This document shows, in pieces, positions 13,281 to 25,525 of a DNA stretch of 64,000 bases; the stretch's first letter is position 1, and each line of letters starts with the position of its first letter. This stretch comes from Rhynchobatus australiae (taxonomy: Eukaryota): the NCBI GenBank assembly GCA_034780895.1, contig JAUZTB010000076.1, forward strand, positions 110,836,440-110,900,439, written 5' to 3'. Made by a program: the position numbers and the translations under genes. A model generated the notes under the pieces. It was given only the letters and a program-made list of their open reading frames with translations. It did not search any database and had not been told where the DNA came from.

Positions 13281-15094
13281 AGGTTAACTTTCAGGAATTT
13301 GTACGCTGGGATACCCAGGCCCCTCTGAAACCTAATACCATTCAGACTCATGTCATTAAGAAAAAATCCCCAATTCTACTTTTTCTACCTTCTACATTTT
13401 TGAATCACTGCTTTAGATAGTAGATGGAAGTAGGTGCTCAGTTGTTACCCACTTAGTTCTTGTCCTTAGCTTGTGCACAGTCTCTATATTACTTGTATCA
13501 CTAGAAGTCATGTTGCAGACTTCACGATTCTTCAAATAATGCTGGCAGCATTGACTACCATACAATGGTATAATTATGAGTTCCATGATAACAAGCATTT
13601 ATATAAATAATTTTGTTGCTATTCTCACAAATTGTCCATATATTCATGGAGAAGTAGTCGAATAATGCCTTGAAAATCATGGCAAATGATCAATACAAAA
13701 GTTTTCTCTGAAATGTATTGACCATTGAAAAGAATAATATTATGCCAGTGTGCAAAACAGATTACCTTGAGCTTTGGAATGGTTTTGCCATGTGAAAGGT
13801 CAGTGCAGCTGCTGACAGAAAGGAATGTGAACAGGTCGTAACTAAATACCAGATCTCTCTCTCCGTGTCTATATTTTCCGTCTTCTTGCTCTTCTTGAAC
13901 CGCCAGCGAGTTGGGTGCAATATCATATCCACAACTCTTCTCACGAAGATGTACACGGAGAATTAACTGGGAAATAGCACATATTCTGTACAAACACAGA
14001 CTCAAGAAATCTCCAGAAATGCTTTTGTAACTTAATTTATTTGTCAATAGCAGATAAGCAGTGAGTTACACTAAGAAGTGTGGTGCCTTTGCAAACAGAG
14101 AAGCGCCTATGGAAGCAGGTGTTTTATGCAGTTTCTTCTTAATTTGGATTTTGTGGCAAAAAGAGCACTCCTCAGGAACATGCACAATGGAAGCCTCCCC
14201 TAATTTACATGTTAATTGGACCTAAATGAGCTTTGTTTGCAAATGTCTCAGGCACTTCCAGGGGAGATTATTATGCACCCTGTAAATTTGATGCTTAGAA
14301 GGCCTCAGTGTCACATAATGTAGGGATACCAAACTTGATGATCAACACTATTTGGGAACCAAAGTTAGTATATTGGCCTTGTAATGGTCCCTTGTCATTT
14401 ACAAGAAATTGTATTGTTTATTTTAATATAAATGTCTTGCAGTTAGTGCAGCATCTCTTCATGGCTATTATCTTGTTTGAATACCAGTTTTTATATTTTC
14501 TTCTTGGAAACTATGTTAATGAAAATCTTTTACAAATCTCTTTTATAAACTACTGCTACAACACTCTGTATTATAAAGCATTGCTGGTTGAGTAAAATAA
14601 TTTCGTTCACATTGTGCACAGTGGGAGATAAATTAGAAAGTCATTGCTGAACAGCATGAGGTGAGCAAACAATTGCCACCACTGCAGAAATCCACCTCAT
14701 GGTGTGAATATCTTTTACTGTTGAGCAGGGGATCTCCAATGTCCACATACAGCTCGCTAAGTGACATGTTTAATTATCAGTTTAAACGCATTCAACCACA
14801 AGTGTCGGAGAGAAACATACACAGCAAAAAAAACCTGGCTTGCATTCCATTATTCTCTGGGCCAGTTTATTGTTAGATCTCTGCAGGTAGGACTCCCGTG
14901 CAAGAAGAAAGATTAAATAAATCACAAGCTTCTCTCCAGTATCATTTAAACATTCTTTTACGTCTGCATAATTGACAGATAAAGCTCCTAAAGCTCTGAT
15001 TAAAAAGATGAAGTCTTGCACTGAGATTTTGATCTCCATAAAGAAGTGACTGAATACTTATTTGCTTGTGTACAGTTGGATAAGCCACATTGTG

Positions 15095-15245
15095 ACTGCT
15101 CCCAATTCTTCTGTAAACTATTGCCGTGGGATTTGTTTCATGCCTGCCTGAGAGGGCAGACAGAGCCTCAGTTGAACAAATTCATCCAAAAGTTAACCCC
15201 TTCTGTCAGACAACTCCAAAGTATGGTGCTGATCAATTAGAACTT
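15095..15245 (-). mobile_element. Deu-domain SINE fragment (SacSINE1-like)
   Basis: tattgccgtgggatttgtttcatgcctgcctgagagggcagacagagcctcagttgaac resembles the recalled Deu core. A related copy lies at 46135-46475. Confidence 0.5.
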
Positions 15246-16499
15246 TGAGTTGCTCATCGGATTTGAGAGACTCAGCTGCACCCCTTTGCATATTATGTTA
15301 ATTTAAGTGCAAGTTAGGTACAACTTATGTTAATTTAAGTTTGTTAACTTATATTTGTCCTCATAATGTACTATGCTGCCGCTACAAAAAGCTAACTTTC
15401 ATGGCATTTATACCCTATTTATGTATGCCTATGAGAACAATAAACCTGACTTGACTTTGCTATCTCTCCTATCCCCATCATTCCGCCAGTATGCTTTACC
15501 TTTGTTATTACAGCAAAGGTTTTTCTGGTGACAAGAGCATCAAGGATGAGGGGATGGATGAGGAAACCAACCAAATACCGAAGGTCAAATACATAAACTG
15601 CCCTTTGGAAAGTGCCATCACAAGCCTGTCCACACTTAGTAGCTCATTTCTTCCCTGAAATTGCCTTCCTTTTCCAGCTCTCTGCCTAAATTATGCCTGT
15701 TTGCCAGCTTAGATTTTCTACGCTTGGGGTTTTACTGTGTTGCTTTTCCTCAAGGCTGCATGATATCCATTCTCACATGGCCTCACATTCAGCCACTGCC
15801 ATCCCAAGAAGGAATCCAGACCAAATACTTCCCCCAGTGAGCTGGTCAACATACTGAATTTTTCCAGCCTTTACTGTTATTGTTCACAGATGTCCAGCCT
15901 CAGCAGTATTTTGCTTTTATATATAAGTATCTATATTAATTACTCTTCCGAAAATAGATTTCAAAGCCACAAAGGTATAATCTCCTCCTGTTCCTATCTT
16001 AAAATCTCGATAACCCATTTTTCTTCCCCAGAACACAAGCCAATTCACAAAATCTTGCTTCAGCAATCAACTTTTAATTATGCTTGTTCTGACCAAGGCT
16101 ACACAGGAAGTGTTTGAAAAATGGCCTTAAAGAGGCAGGCCATCTTACTATTTGAACATGACAAGAATCCTCAAAATTCTAGATTTTTGTGAATATCTGA
16201 CTAACAATATAATGTATTCTTGAATGTATGTATTACTTGTAATTTTAAACAAATCATTTAGAAAATTAGTTATTCCAGTGCACCATATGATAGAAGGCTT
16301 CACTTGTGATTGTTTTATTCTAGTTCAAGCCCCAGAGAGAGATGGGATCAGAGAAAGTCCAATGGATGGTTAAAGAGAACAGTCTGTCCATCTCAAATTC
16401 AACCCATAAGACTAATGATGAAAGAATAATGATAGTTTTGATGGAGAACTGGTATTGCCAATAAACAATGAACATGCCAGAATCACTTTAAGTGCCTCA

Positions 16500-17195
16500 A
16501 GACGATGGATGGAATACTTCCATCCCACTTGTGTGGGTTGTGATGTGACTGTTGAGCCAATGCGGGACCTATGTGGTTGGAACAGGAGATGTTTTAATGA
16601 TGGTTTGGGCGGTGGTGTGCCCCNNNNNNNNNNNNNNNNNNNNNNNNNNNNNNNNNNNNNNNNNNNNNNNNNNNNNNNNNNNNNNNNNNNNNNNNNNNNN
16701 NNNNNNNNNNNNNNNNNNNNNNNNNNNNNNNNNNNNNNNNNNNNNNNNNNNNNNNNNNNNNNNNNNNNNNNNNNNNNNNNNNNNNNNNNNNNNNNNNNNN
16801 NNNNNNNNNNNNNNNNNNNNNNNNNNNNNNNNNNNNNNNNNNNNNNNNNNNNNNNNNNNNNNNNNNNNNNNNNNNNNNNNNNNNNNNNNNNNNNNNNNNN
16901 NNNNNNNNNNNNNNNNNNNNNNNNNNNNNNNNNNNNNNNNNNNNNNNGAGGATGCTGAAGGTTCAATTATCCGGCAAGTGGATTTGGCAGAGGAAGCATT
17001 GGTGGTACCTCTCTAGTGTTCTGAGGTACCTGTCGTATGTGCTCTGTGCTAGACAGGTCTACAAGAAGGAAGGGTTCACCATGGCTGGGGAGACCATAGC
17101 TTTGTGCAGGGTTTGAGGCAAATGGTATGAAGTAGCTTGTCAGTCAGACTGTCTGGGGGCTGCGTTCCGTTGTACGACACTGAGAGACAGTACTT
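16500..17195 (-). mobile_element. RTE-clade LINE fragment spanning a gap
   Basis: The minus strand of 16950-17110 reads approximately (K)LWSPQ/AMVNPSFL...RRYLRTLERYHQCFLCQI, similar to the recalled RTE motif VYRAVVLPTLLY...RRHLKTLERFHQRCLRxI. Confidence 0.5.
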
Positions 17196-20100
17196 GCATT
17201 TCAACTTGAAATAATTGTTTCAACGAAGAATTGGAAAAGAAATACTGAGACAGGAATTCTGCGTCTGCTCCTGCCTTTCTCTGCTGCTACAAGTGCCACA
17301 GGGAGTACTTTGAAGTACGATTATTTGCTGGAATACTCCGAAAGATAAAAAAAACCTTTCCCACAGTAAGTTATTTACAGCTTTCTGATATATTTAATAC
17401 AATTGTTGTGAAATTGGTAATAAAAATACTGCTCCATCTCGATGATTTTCACGGACTGACAAAGGCACCTTATAGCGTCACTTCATGTGAACAGTGACCG
17501 TGTCGCCAAGAATTTCAACCGCAATTTTTCCCAAGTTGTATAGCCCTTACACGGCGCAGTATTGATTTAATGCACATTTCAGCAAGAGATTGTGCGAAGG
17601 ATAAATATATGAACACACAACATAGTAAAACGGTTTTGCAACCGATTGACTGGTGCTGGAAGTGCAATAATATGAATGTTCCAGTTTGGGAGGATGTTAC
17701 AGGCTTCGCACCCCCCAAAGCTTGATGCAAGAACAGTTTTATTTCCAAACTATTCATTTCAAATTGAAAGGAGCAATTTTTGAAGTAATTATTCAAATTT
17801 AAATGTGGTTCTGAAATCTCAAAGGATCAGTGTTAACATGAAAGGTATTAAATTAATTCAATGTATCTTATAGTTTACAAAAGCGCTGCGACCAGTTAAG
17901 AATATATTTATATATAACACATGTATACAGCTACCAATACCCAGAGCAAGTCAATAAATCCTGGTGTTATTATCCAGAAACAGCACAAGCAGACAAGGTG
18001 CGGTCTGGATATTTTTGAGGGCGTCCGGCAAGGCCACGGCCATGTTAACGCGTAATGTTGCATTGTGAAATTATTGTTTCCAGTCTGATTCTCGTCATTT
18101 TGTTAATTGGTGGTCCGTATCTTTGGGAGCCTCGGGGAAAAAAAAAGTCACCTGTGAAATTAATTGCATTTCAGACATCTAATGCCTGTTTGCAATCGTG
18201 CCTGTTTGCAATTGTGCCTGTGATTCGGGTTAGACAACCTCACAAGGACGCCAATACTGCAGCAGTAAAGGCAAAATACTTCGAGGCAGGATTGTTTATC
18301 TTAGTTTTGTTTCTCCCACGGCATGGAATCCGCTCTGCCTGACTTTGACCGTTGTAACTGCGCGTTTCCTATATTTTTCCTGTGTGAGGTGTAGTGAGTT
18401 CTAAATACTCGGCATGGATCTGCTCGGCGAAAATGGTAACCATCACAAAATTAAAGCATTAATGCTTCGAAACGTGATCGTTCCCAATAAACACCAATTT
18501 AATCCGTCTGTTTGGTTTCGTTTTGGTGGCATTAACGAGGTAGCATTCTGTAACCATATATAGCTGCAGTCAGATTGTACGTACAAGTGGTCGCCGAGGG
18601 AAAATGCCTAAATTACGAAAATTATCCATCTGATATCATCCGTTAGATGGTGAAAAAAAATCGAATATGTATAAACACTTTTTCCTTGCAAATAATGTAG
18701 TACTGAGGAGAAGTCAGAATGAAATAACATTCAGGGGGATGCCTCTTGCATCACACGCCATGTTGCGGTCATCTATCTGTTATTAATTTGATGTATAGCA
18801 ATGTACTGATCTATTAATAAATATTGAAGGGTAACACGAAAAAAAATTACATTTATTGCACTAGTACTTATCTTTTATAATACCTTGGTTATTAAAGGGA
18901 ATGTGGGAACTACTTCAGTATTATCCCACGTAATGTGCATGAAACATCTCTATGTTGAACTAATATTACTCCTATTGATCAGTGCTTGAGTCTGTTAACT
19001 GAAGGTCCACAATGAAGTCTGAAATTCAGAAACTTTGTTCATCGAAGAATGCCATTAGCACAGATGCGTGAGTCTTTGCAAAACGACATTTTCGGAATCA
19101 ATACGAATGTGACAGAAATCATTATCGCCGTAGCTAAAACACATGCAGAGTGAAAGGCGACGTTTAAGGATATATAAACAACGAGAACTCTCTAACTGTG
19201 GGCTCTGTTGACACTGCCTGCCTTCGCTCACTGAATGACTATTATAGCTCTCCATTTGAATGGACTCCGTTGTGAACGTGTGCCGAGCTCAGTAAACGTC
19301 CCTGGAAATAGCATCCAGAATGACAATTCCCTTGCTTGCAAACTAGCAAGATAAAAGGCCGAATATGCTGATTTAAAGCTTCAAGACACATTGAGGTTGA
19401 TTGATTTCTATAGATGTGACCAAGCAAAGCGCGGCCGTTCGTTCAACACACCGCTATTACCTCTCCCAATACGATTATTTTTATTTTTGACAAATATTAC
19501 ATTAACGTCCTTTTTAACTAATTGCGGCTGGGTGGACAATAGCCCTTTCGTTTTAAAGAAATTTACAAATTTCGAAAGCGACTAACACTACAATTTTCCT
19601 AAACAGCTTTTCTATAAATCGATGGCTGATTATTTCTAATTCGTTAATTTTGTATTTTATGAAAATGAGCTAATGTCCATAGGCTAGTTATATAAACCTT
19701 GAAACTTTAGATTCACATATAATTGATTTTTGAAATAAAAACGTTTTACTTGACCGGGTGTATTTCATTTAATATGTATGGAAATCTTAAATCATGTTCC
19801 CCTGCGGAGCTTTTGATGACCGTCTTCTGATCCAGTTGGCATCGTCGTTTATATTACGAGGAGATTGGTGCCGTGGATACTTTTATTGACGTGCGCCGGG
19901 TAAGTGAGCAGTGGGAATGGTGTTTCTGAAACGAGTTGGATTTATTGCTCGCATCTCGCTTGGTCACCCGGTGCCGGAATGCCGGCCTCTCGGGTTTCAG
20001 CAACGTGAAACAGTAGATGGCGTATTTCTTAATTGCGCGAACATTTCTCGACTTTCCGTCTCCGAAATGTGTTGCTTGTGCTGACAGTGCACACCACCCC

Positions 20101-21439
20101 GCCCCATCAAACCCAGACCACAGTGAAGATACATTTCCATCAAATAGGCCTAACCACAATATAATCCAGTTTATAAAAGGTTGTGGCATGTTCTTATGTA
20201 GGAAATTAATGTTGGGGTCGTTTTAAAGATGTTCATAAAAGAGTAAAGAGCGTATTAAGCCTGTCTACAAAATTAACAGGACGGGTTCGAACCTCACACA
20301 GCGCAAACCACTGCAGTAAATACATTGCGCAATGCTTAGGGCTTTATAAATAAGTCGCCGATTCTATGTTTCTGTGAGAGACAAGACTCGCAGTACAATT
20401 AACACGCAGACACAGACACACACGATTATACCAAACATCGGAGATATCAGAATCTTTCTGTTGGCAGGCAGCTTCTGTGAAAAGAGAAAAGGACAAAATC
20501 AACTAGGTGCTTCAAATGTGCGTCTCTTGTGTTATTTCAGACCTTTACAGAGGGAGTTGGTGGGTGTGGAAATGGAGAGGGGGTGGGGGAGAGGAGTAAC
20601 TAATTTAAACTAAATTTAAAGTATTTTATCCAGTACTTTAGCCCGTACAATATTCAATGTTGAACTACGTTCGTGAGGTCAATGTAACAGACAATGAGAC
20701 TAGGCAAAGAGCATGGGTAGAATAATTGTCTAATATTTTCAAGAAGGTAAATCTTGCTTTTTGAAGAATCAACGATGACCTACTCAGATATGCATTTTAG
20801 GTTGTACGGATAAATACCAAAAAACGCCACTCAATTTAACCGACAAATGCAATTTTAGTTCAGTTGGCGCTCTGAATGTCTATCATATTTTTAGATTCAG
20901 TATTTAACAGCTTTAATGAAGTTGAAAAGAACTGATCACAGGCGATTTCAAACTGAAGAGAGATATGTGCTGTGTGCGGTCGATCAAAAGCCACTTTTGT
21001 CGCACTTAGTGTTATGACTTCAAGCACGAATCAAACTGATAACATTCAGTGCATTCTTATGAGAGTATGATCAGGCTGAATTCAACAGAGGTTACAAGTC
21101 AAACTACTGTTAAATCTTTTTAATGAAAACACTCCATCACCATAAGGCACGTTTCAAACGTTGACCTGTTGCTGATTGGATAAGGCTTGTAAGAAGTTGC
21201 CCAAATTGACCCATTGACTTTAAGCACATATTTCAGCAAGTATACTGTAACATTTGTTGACAACATTAATGAATAAGCTGCCCAAAAGATGCTCAGGTTA
21301 CGCGCCCTTCATTTATTACCATTCATCAATTATCGCACTAATCAAAACATTTATTATTTTTTTTGCTTCTTTCCTGCTCCTCCAGAATTTGAAGCATGAT
21401 TGCATCTGTTAATTAGTCGCTAATAGCAAGGTAATGTGC

Positions 21440-21900
21440 GCTTGATGGATAACCGTGTCATTGCCAATCACGCCACTCATTCATATCTCCAGCGGTGCGG
21501 CGCTGTCGTGTTTGCGCTCCGATTTGTCACGTGCACAGGATCTGGGGCGGGACGAGAACGACCGGGAGGAGCCTTAGCAATGATTGTCATTAAGGATAGC
21601 CAATAGACTTTGCGAGCCCTCCGCCTAACCCAGCCCACCATCGCGCTGATTGGTTAAGGCTCGCAAGTGGGACCTGCCCCCTCCCTCTCGGACTCGGCGC
21701 CTTGCGGATGCCATGGTGCATGCCGGAACATGTAGTCCCGTATCTCCAGAGCCGCCGACCAACCACAAAGCGAAGAGACTACAACGCCCAAGATGCTCTG
21801 CGCTCGGCTGGTGCAAGACTGTCAATCATCGCACGTCACGCTGCTTTGCTTATCAAGGTTTTGGAGGAGGGCGCAGCAAATGTGAAGAATACATAAGGGG
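21440..21900 (+). promoter_or_regulatory. Probable PKDCC promoter (CCAAT/GC-box type, CpG-rich)
   Basis: CCAAT at 21464 and 21600, reverse CCAAT (ATTGG) at 21649, GC box GGGGCGGG at 21544, E-box GTCACGTG at 21526 and CRE-like CACGTCA at about 21832. All lie in CpG-dense sequence just upstream of exon 1. The TSS cannot be determined from sequence. Confidence 0.6.
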
Positions 21901-22021
21901 GAGAAAATCCAGCGTTATCTTCCCTGCAGGGCAGAAATTTTTACTGTACAATGTGAAAACTTCAGTTTCAATCTCTCTCCCGTTTCACAGCACCCCTCGC
22001 AGACCGCAGGTTAACAACGAA

Positions 22022-22744
22022 ATGAAACGCAGAAAGATTGCCATCGCAGCTGGGTTTTGCTTTTCCTTCTTCCTGGGCACATTACTGAATTTGTTATTTA
22101 TCCCTGGTTTTGATCATCACCATCAGCAACAGCGGCATCAGCGTTTGGAGCAGACCGCCCAGGACCATCTCAGCCACGAGCCGCCCGTGCTTTTAAACCG
22201 GGTGACTGACCAGGACCTGTTGAAGCAAATTAAAGAAAGGTACGAGGAGGTTGTCCGCTATCGGCAGCAGTCAGCCCCTGCAGCGGCTGCGGGGAGACTG
22301 GCCAGACCGCTGGAAAGGCGCTTGATGGACCTAGCGCAGAACAGCTCCCCAGATCAGCTCCGACCCCAGCATCATCATCATCAGCAGCAGAGGAGCCCAG
22401 ATTTTCAAGAGAGCAAGCCATTAACTATTAAAAGAGAAAACACCTTCGTTTCCAGTAGCCCGAACACTGACTTTCAGTTCCGTTCACTCCCTTTAAGCTG
22501 TTCAGATATTAATAACGCGAGCAGTGTCCATTACTTGGGTTCTGGATACACAAAAGCAGTGTACAAAGCGGTTCTTAATGAGACCCTGGCGGTGGCATTA
22601 AAATCGGTGGACTTTGAAGGACACGACATGGAAAACTGTGTAAAACAATTTGGGACATTGAAAGATTGCTACCGATTGGCGTCGTACAAACTTGTCAAAG
22701 AAATGACACTTTTACAACGGCTACAGCATTCAAATATCCTTAAG
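22022..22744 (+). CDS. PKDCC: PKDCC/VLK coding exon 1 (signal/anchor segment, stem, start of kinase domain)
   Basis: Translates MKRRKIAIAAGFCFSFFLGTLLNLLFIPG...QIKERYEEVVRY...RRLMDLA...YLGSGYTKAVYKAVL...VALKSVDFEGHD...CYRLASYKLVKEMTLLQRLQHSNILK. This matches recalled vertebrate PKDCC motifs (MRRRRAAVAAGFCASFLLG, RYEEV, GSGYTKAVY, VALKAVD). 723 nt, phase-0 donor AAG|gtaggg at 22744/22745. Confidence 0.96.
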
Positions 22745-24714
22745 GTAGGGACCTGCAATGCTCATCAGCAACTTGCTATTAAACTATTGCCCCAGTAAGA
22801 AGGGAGAAATATTAGGTTTATTGGGCGATTTAATTCATAGTGCAGGGACCCCTAAACCCATCCATCTGATTGATCTACGTGTCAAATAGAGGAATGGGGA
22901 ATGTTCCTATACTGGGTGCTTAATGAGCTTTTCGCCAAAATCTGCATCCTAATCAGTCATGGCTTCCCAAGTGCCTTGAGTAAACTATGAACTGAAGGAG
23001 GCATCTGTAAAACAAAACATTTTTCAGTTTGTAGAAGATATTAGTTTCACAAGAAATTAATTGGCTGCGAAACTGCGCCTCTAAATATCAAAATAAACAT
23101 AAAAGATTCAGCATCAAGTCTGGCCAATTGTTCAGCAATATTTCGGCTCATAATCAATTGCAGCGTCGGATCAGGATATTAACGCGTAACAGTCAAGTTC
23201 CCAAACAACACGCTTTTTTAAAAAGTCAGGGAAACAGAATCCCGCACTGGGGTTTCCGGGGTGAATTTAGGGTTTGCAGACGAAAGGTTATTATGACTGA
23301 ATGTATTTAGCTCCTTTTCTCCTCCACTTGTTTGCTATTTTATGCAGATAGTTTGATTGCATTAATTTCTACCTGGTCTTTCGGTAGTAAGTTTTCGGGG
23401 TTGCTGAAAGGGGTGGTCCTCTTGGGTGCTGCTGAGTGCAGCTCCAGACCTCGGCTGCCTGCTTTATTTTATATTTAAGGACCCTTGGGTAGTAGAAGAT
23501 GCGACCGCACCTTGTAGAAAACACAGGTGCTGAGGGATATGTTGCCAACATCGTGGCAGACTGTTTGAAAGGCTTTAAAACGACTGTCACTAGAATGGTC
23601 ACAGTGGATTTCATCGCCAAGGCATCAAACACCAGGTTTTTCACCAATATTGCTACAGTTTAGATTTGCAGCTCTGATTAGAACATCAGCAGGCAATTGG
23701 GGTTAAAAATGCTATTTCCTCAGTATTTAAAAATGATGGTCCTTGCCAGAATGCAGCATGTTGCAAAGCCAAGAACACAGTTTATCGCCATGTGACTTGA
23801 CTTTTTTTTTAAAAGATACGTACATGATGTAGTTAGAAATGTTTTCTTGCAAATTGAGTGAATCCACCTCGGCACAACCCTTGTAGAGACGAGACTTGTC
23901 ATTTAGGTTGTCAGGTCGCCTGCTAATGTGCTAATTCCCTCTGGTCAACCGTAATGAGCCCGTTACGGACCCGGGGGGAATCCTTCCTGCTGTGACCACC
24001 TCGGGCATTGTTCACGATTAATGATTTGGTTTTAATTTAAAAAAACTATTGTGGAATCGGCCCTTCAATTAGTTGATTGTGCGGAGCTGCTTTGGACAGC
24101 CAGAACGTGTTTGTTCAGTATGATTTTCTTTTAGACTATTTGAATAGATCCCTTTCTTCAGAGCTTTTTGTGCTTAAATCAACCCCAGGGTGAATGAAGA
24201 CAGATTAACTGTATAATAACATGACAAAAAAAAAGCCTGAATGTACTTTTTAGAGAATTCTTGCGCTTGTACAGTCAGGAATGTCAATAGTTTGTGGAAA
24301 AATGATTGAGGTTGTGTCGCGCCCGTTCGTCGGTTTTCTGTTAGTTGTTTCGCTTCGTGCTATTTAAAAAAAATTGAGGAAAAGGGACTTTGTGGGTTGT
24401 CCAGGGCAGATGGTAGGCTTGTGCATAATTTGCAAGATAACAGGCACATTGTGTATTGCCAAGATCAGATCAAACTCACTTCACTCTTATGACTCCTACT
24501 ACCAACTTTAAATGTAAATGGTTCAGAGGGCGTAAAGTTTAAGCTATAACGTACAGCTGTATGCTTTATATCAAACTTCAGTTTTTATTATGCTGAGGCC
24601 TAAATTAATAATTTCCACTGTGAAAAGGGCACTACATATTCTCAGACAGACACAAGGTGCCAAAGAAACAATAACTCGGCAAAATGTTTTCTGCTTCTGT
24701 TTTCATTCCTCACT

Positions 24715-24825
24715 GGTCCCGACACAGATGAAAAGTCATCGACCTGAAGCGTCAACCCTATTTCTCTCTCCACAGATGCTGCTTGACCTGCACATTATCT
24801 CCAGCGTTTTCTGCTTTTATTTCCA
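24715..24825 (+). repeat. Penelope-like terminal fragment
   Basis: cagatgaaaagtcatcgacctgaagcgtcaac...tctccacagatgctgcttgacctgc...ccagcgttttctgcttttatttcc. Confidence 0.5.
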
Positions 24826-25424
24826 ATATTGTACTTGGTGTAATATTTAAGGGTCTCGGTCTAAATAACGATTAAACATTGCACTCAATAACAGCATATG
24901 ACCATATCCCTCAACTGTGCTGTCCTCTCTCTCCCCAGTTGAGAGAAAACATTAGTTTGTCGTTTTTAAACACTAAACATCGATTAATCTGTTTAAAGAC
25001 AAAAAAAAGTTAAATACATGCGTCACAGTGTTTGCAAATAACTTTGCGTCGAATTTCCTGCTCAGGCTAATGTTTGTTCCTAAACTGTTTAAAAAATCAA
25101 AGTATATTGTATCAGATTTTGTTGAGGAAAGTTTGGCTGCGTTACTGGCCTATTCCTAGCGCAAAAAGTCCAAGAATAACGAGGAGGGATACTTTGGAAC
25201 AGCGCTAAATGAAGGGTCCTATGAAAGTAATGAAATGATGGCAGCATGCAATTTGCATGGTTTTAAATAAGCTGGAAATCTCAGAACTCGGGCTTTTGAT
25301 TATTTTTCCCTTGGAAGAAAATCCGTGCAAAATTTAAGCTACATAATAATATTCACATATACCAAATGTGATAGAATGAAACCATGTCAGTTTGTGTGTT
25401 TGCACAAGAACTCTATAAACCTAC

Positions 25425-25525
25425 TGACTACGCGCTGGTAAATGGGATTAGCATAGAGAGGTACCTGATGGTTGGTATGAACGGGATGGGCCGAAGGGCC
25501 TGTTTGTGGGCTGTATGACTCTATA
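25425..25525 (+). repeat. CR1-type 3' tail
   Basis: ggtaaatgggattag...gatgggccgaagggcctgtttgtgggctgtatgactctat. Confidence 0.6.

Noticed and set aside
16412-17016. Long ORFs spanning N runs (also at 11308, 34113, 40794, 41650, 55133 and 59955)
   Set aside because: They are open only because N codons contain no stops.
21650-22798. 382-aa single-exon ORF as annotated in the ORF track
   Set aside because: It starts at a TTG, and homology begins at Met 22022. The last 17 codons read through the exon-1 splice donor.
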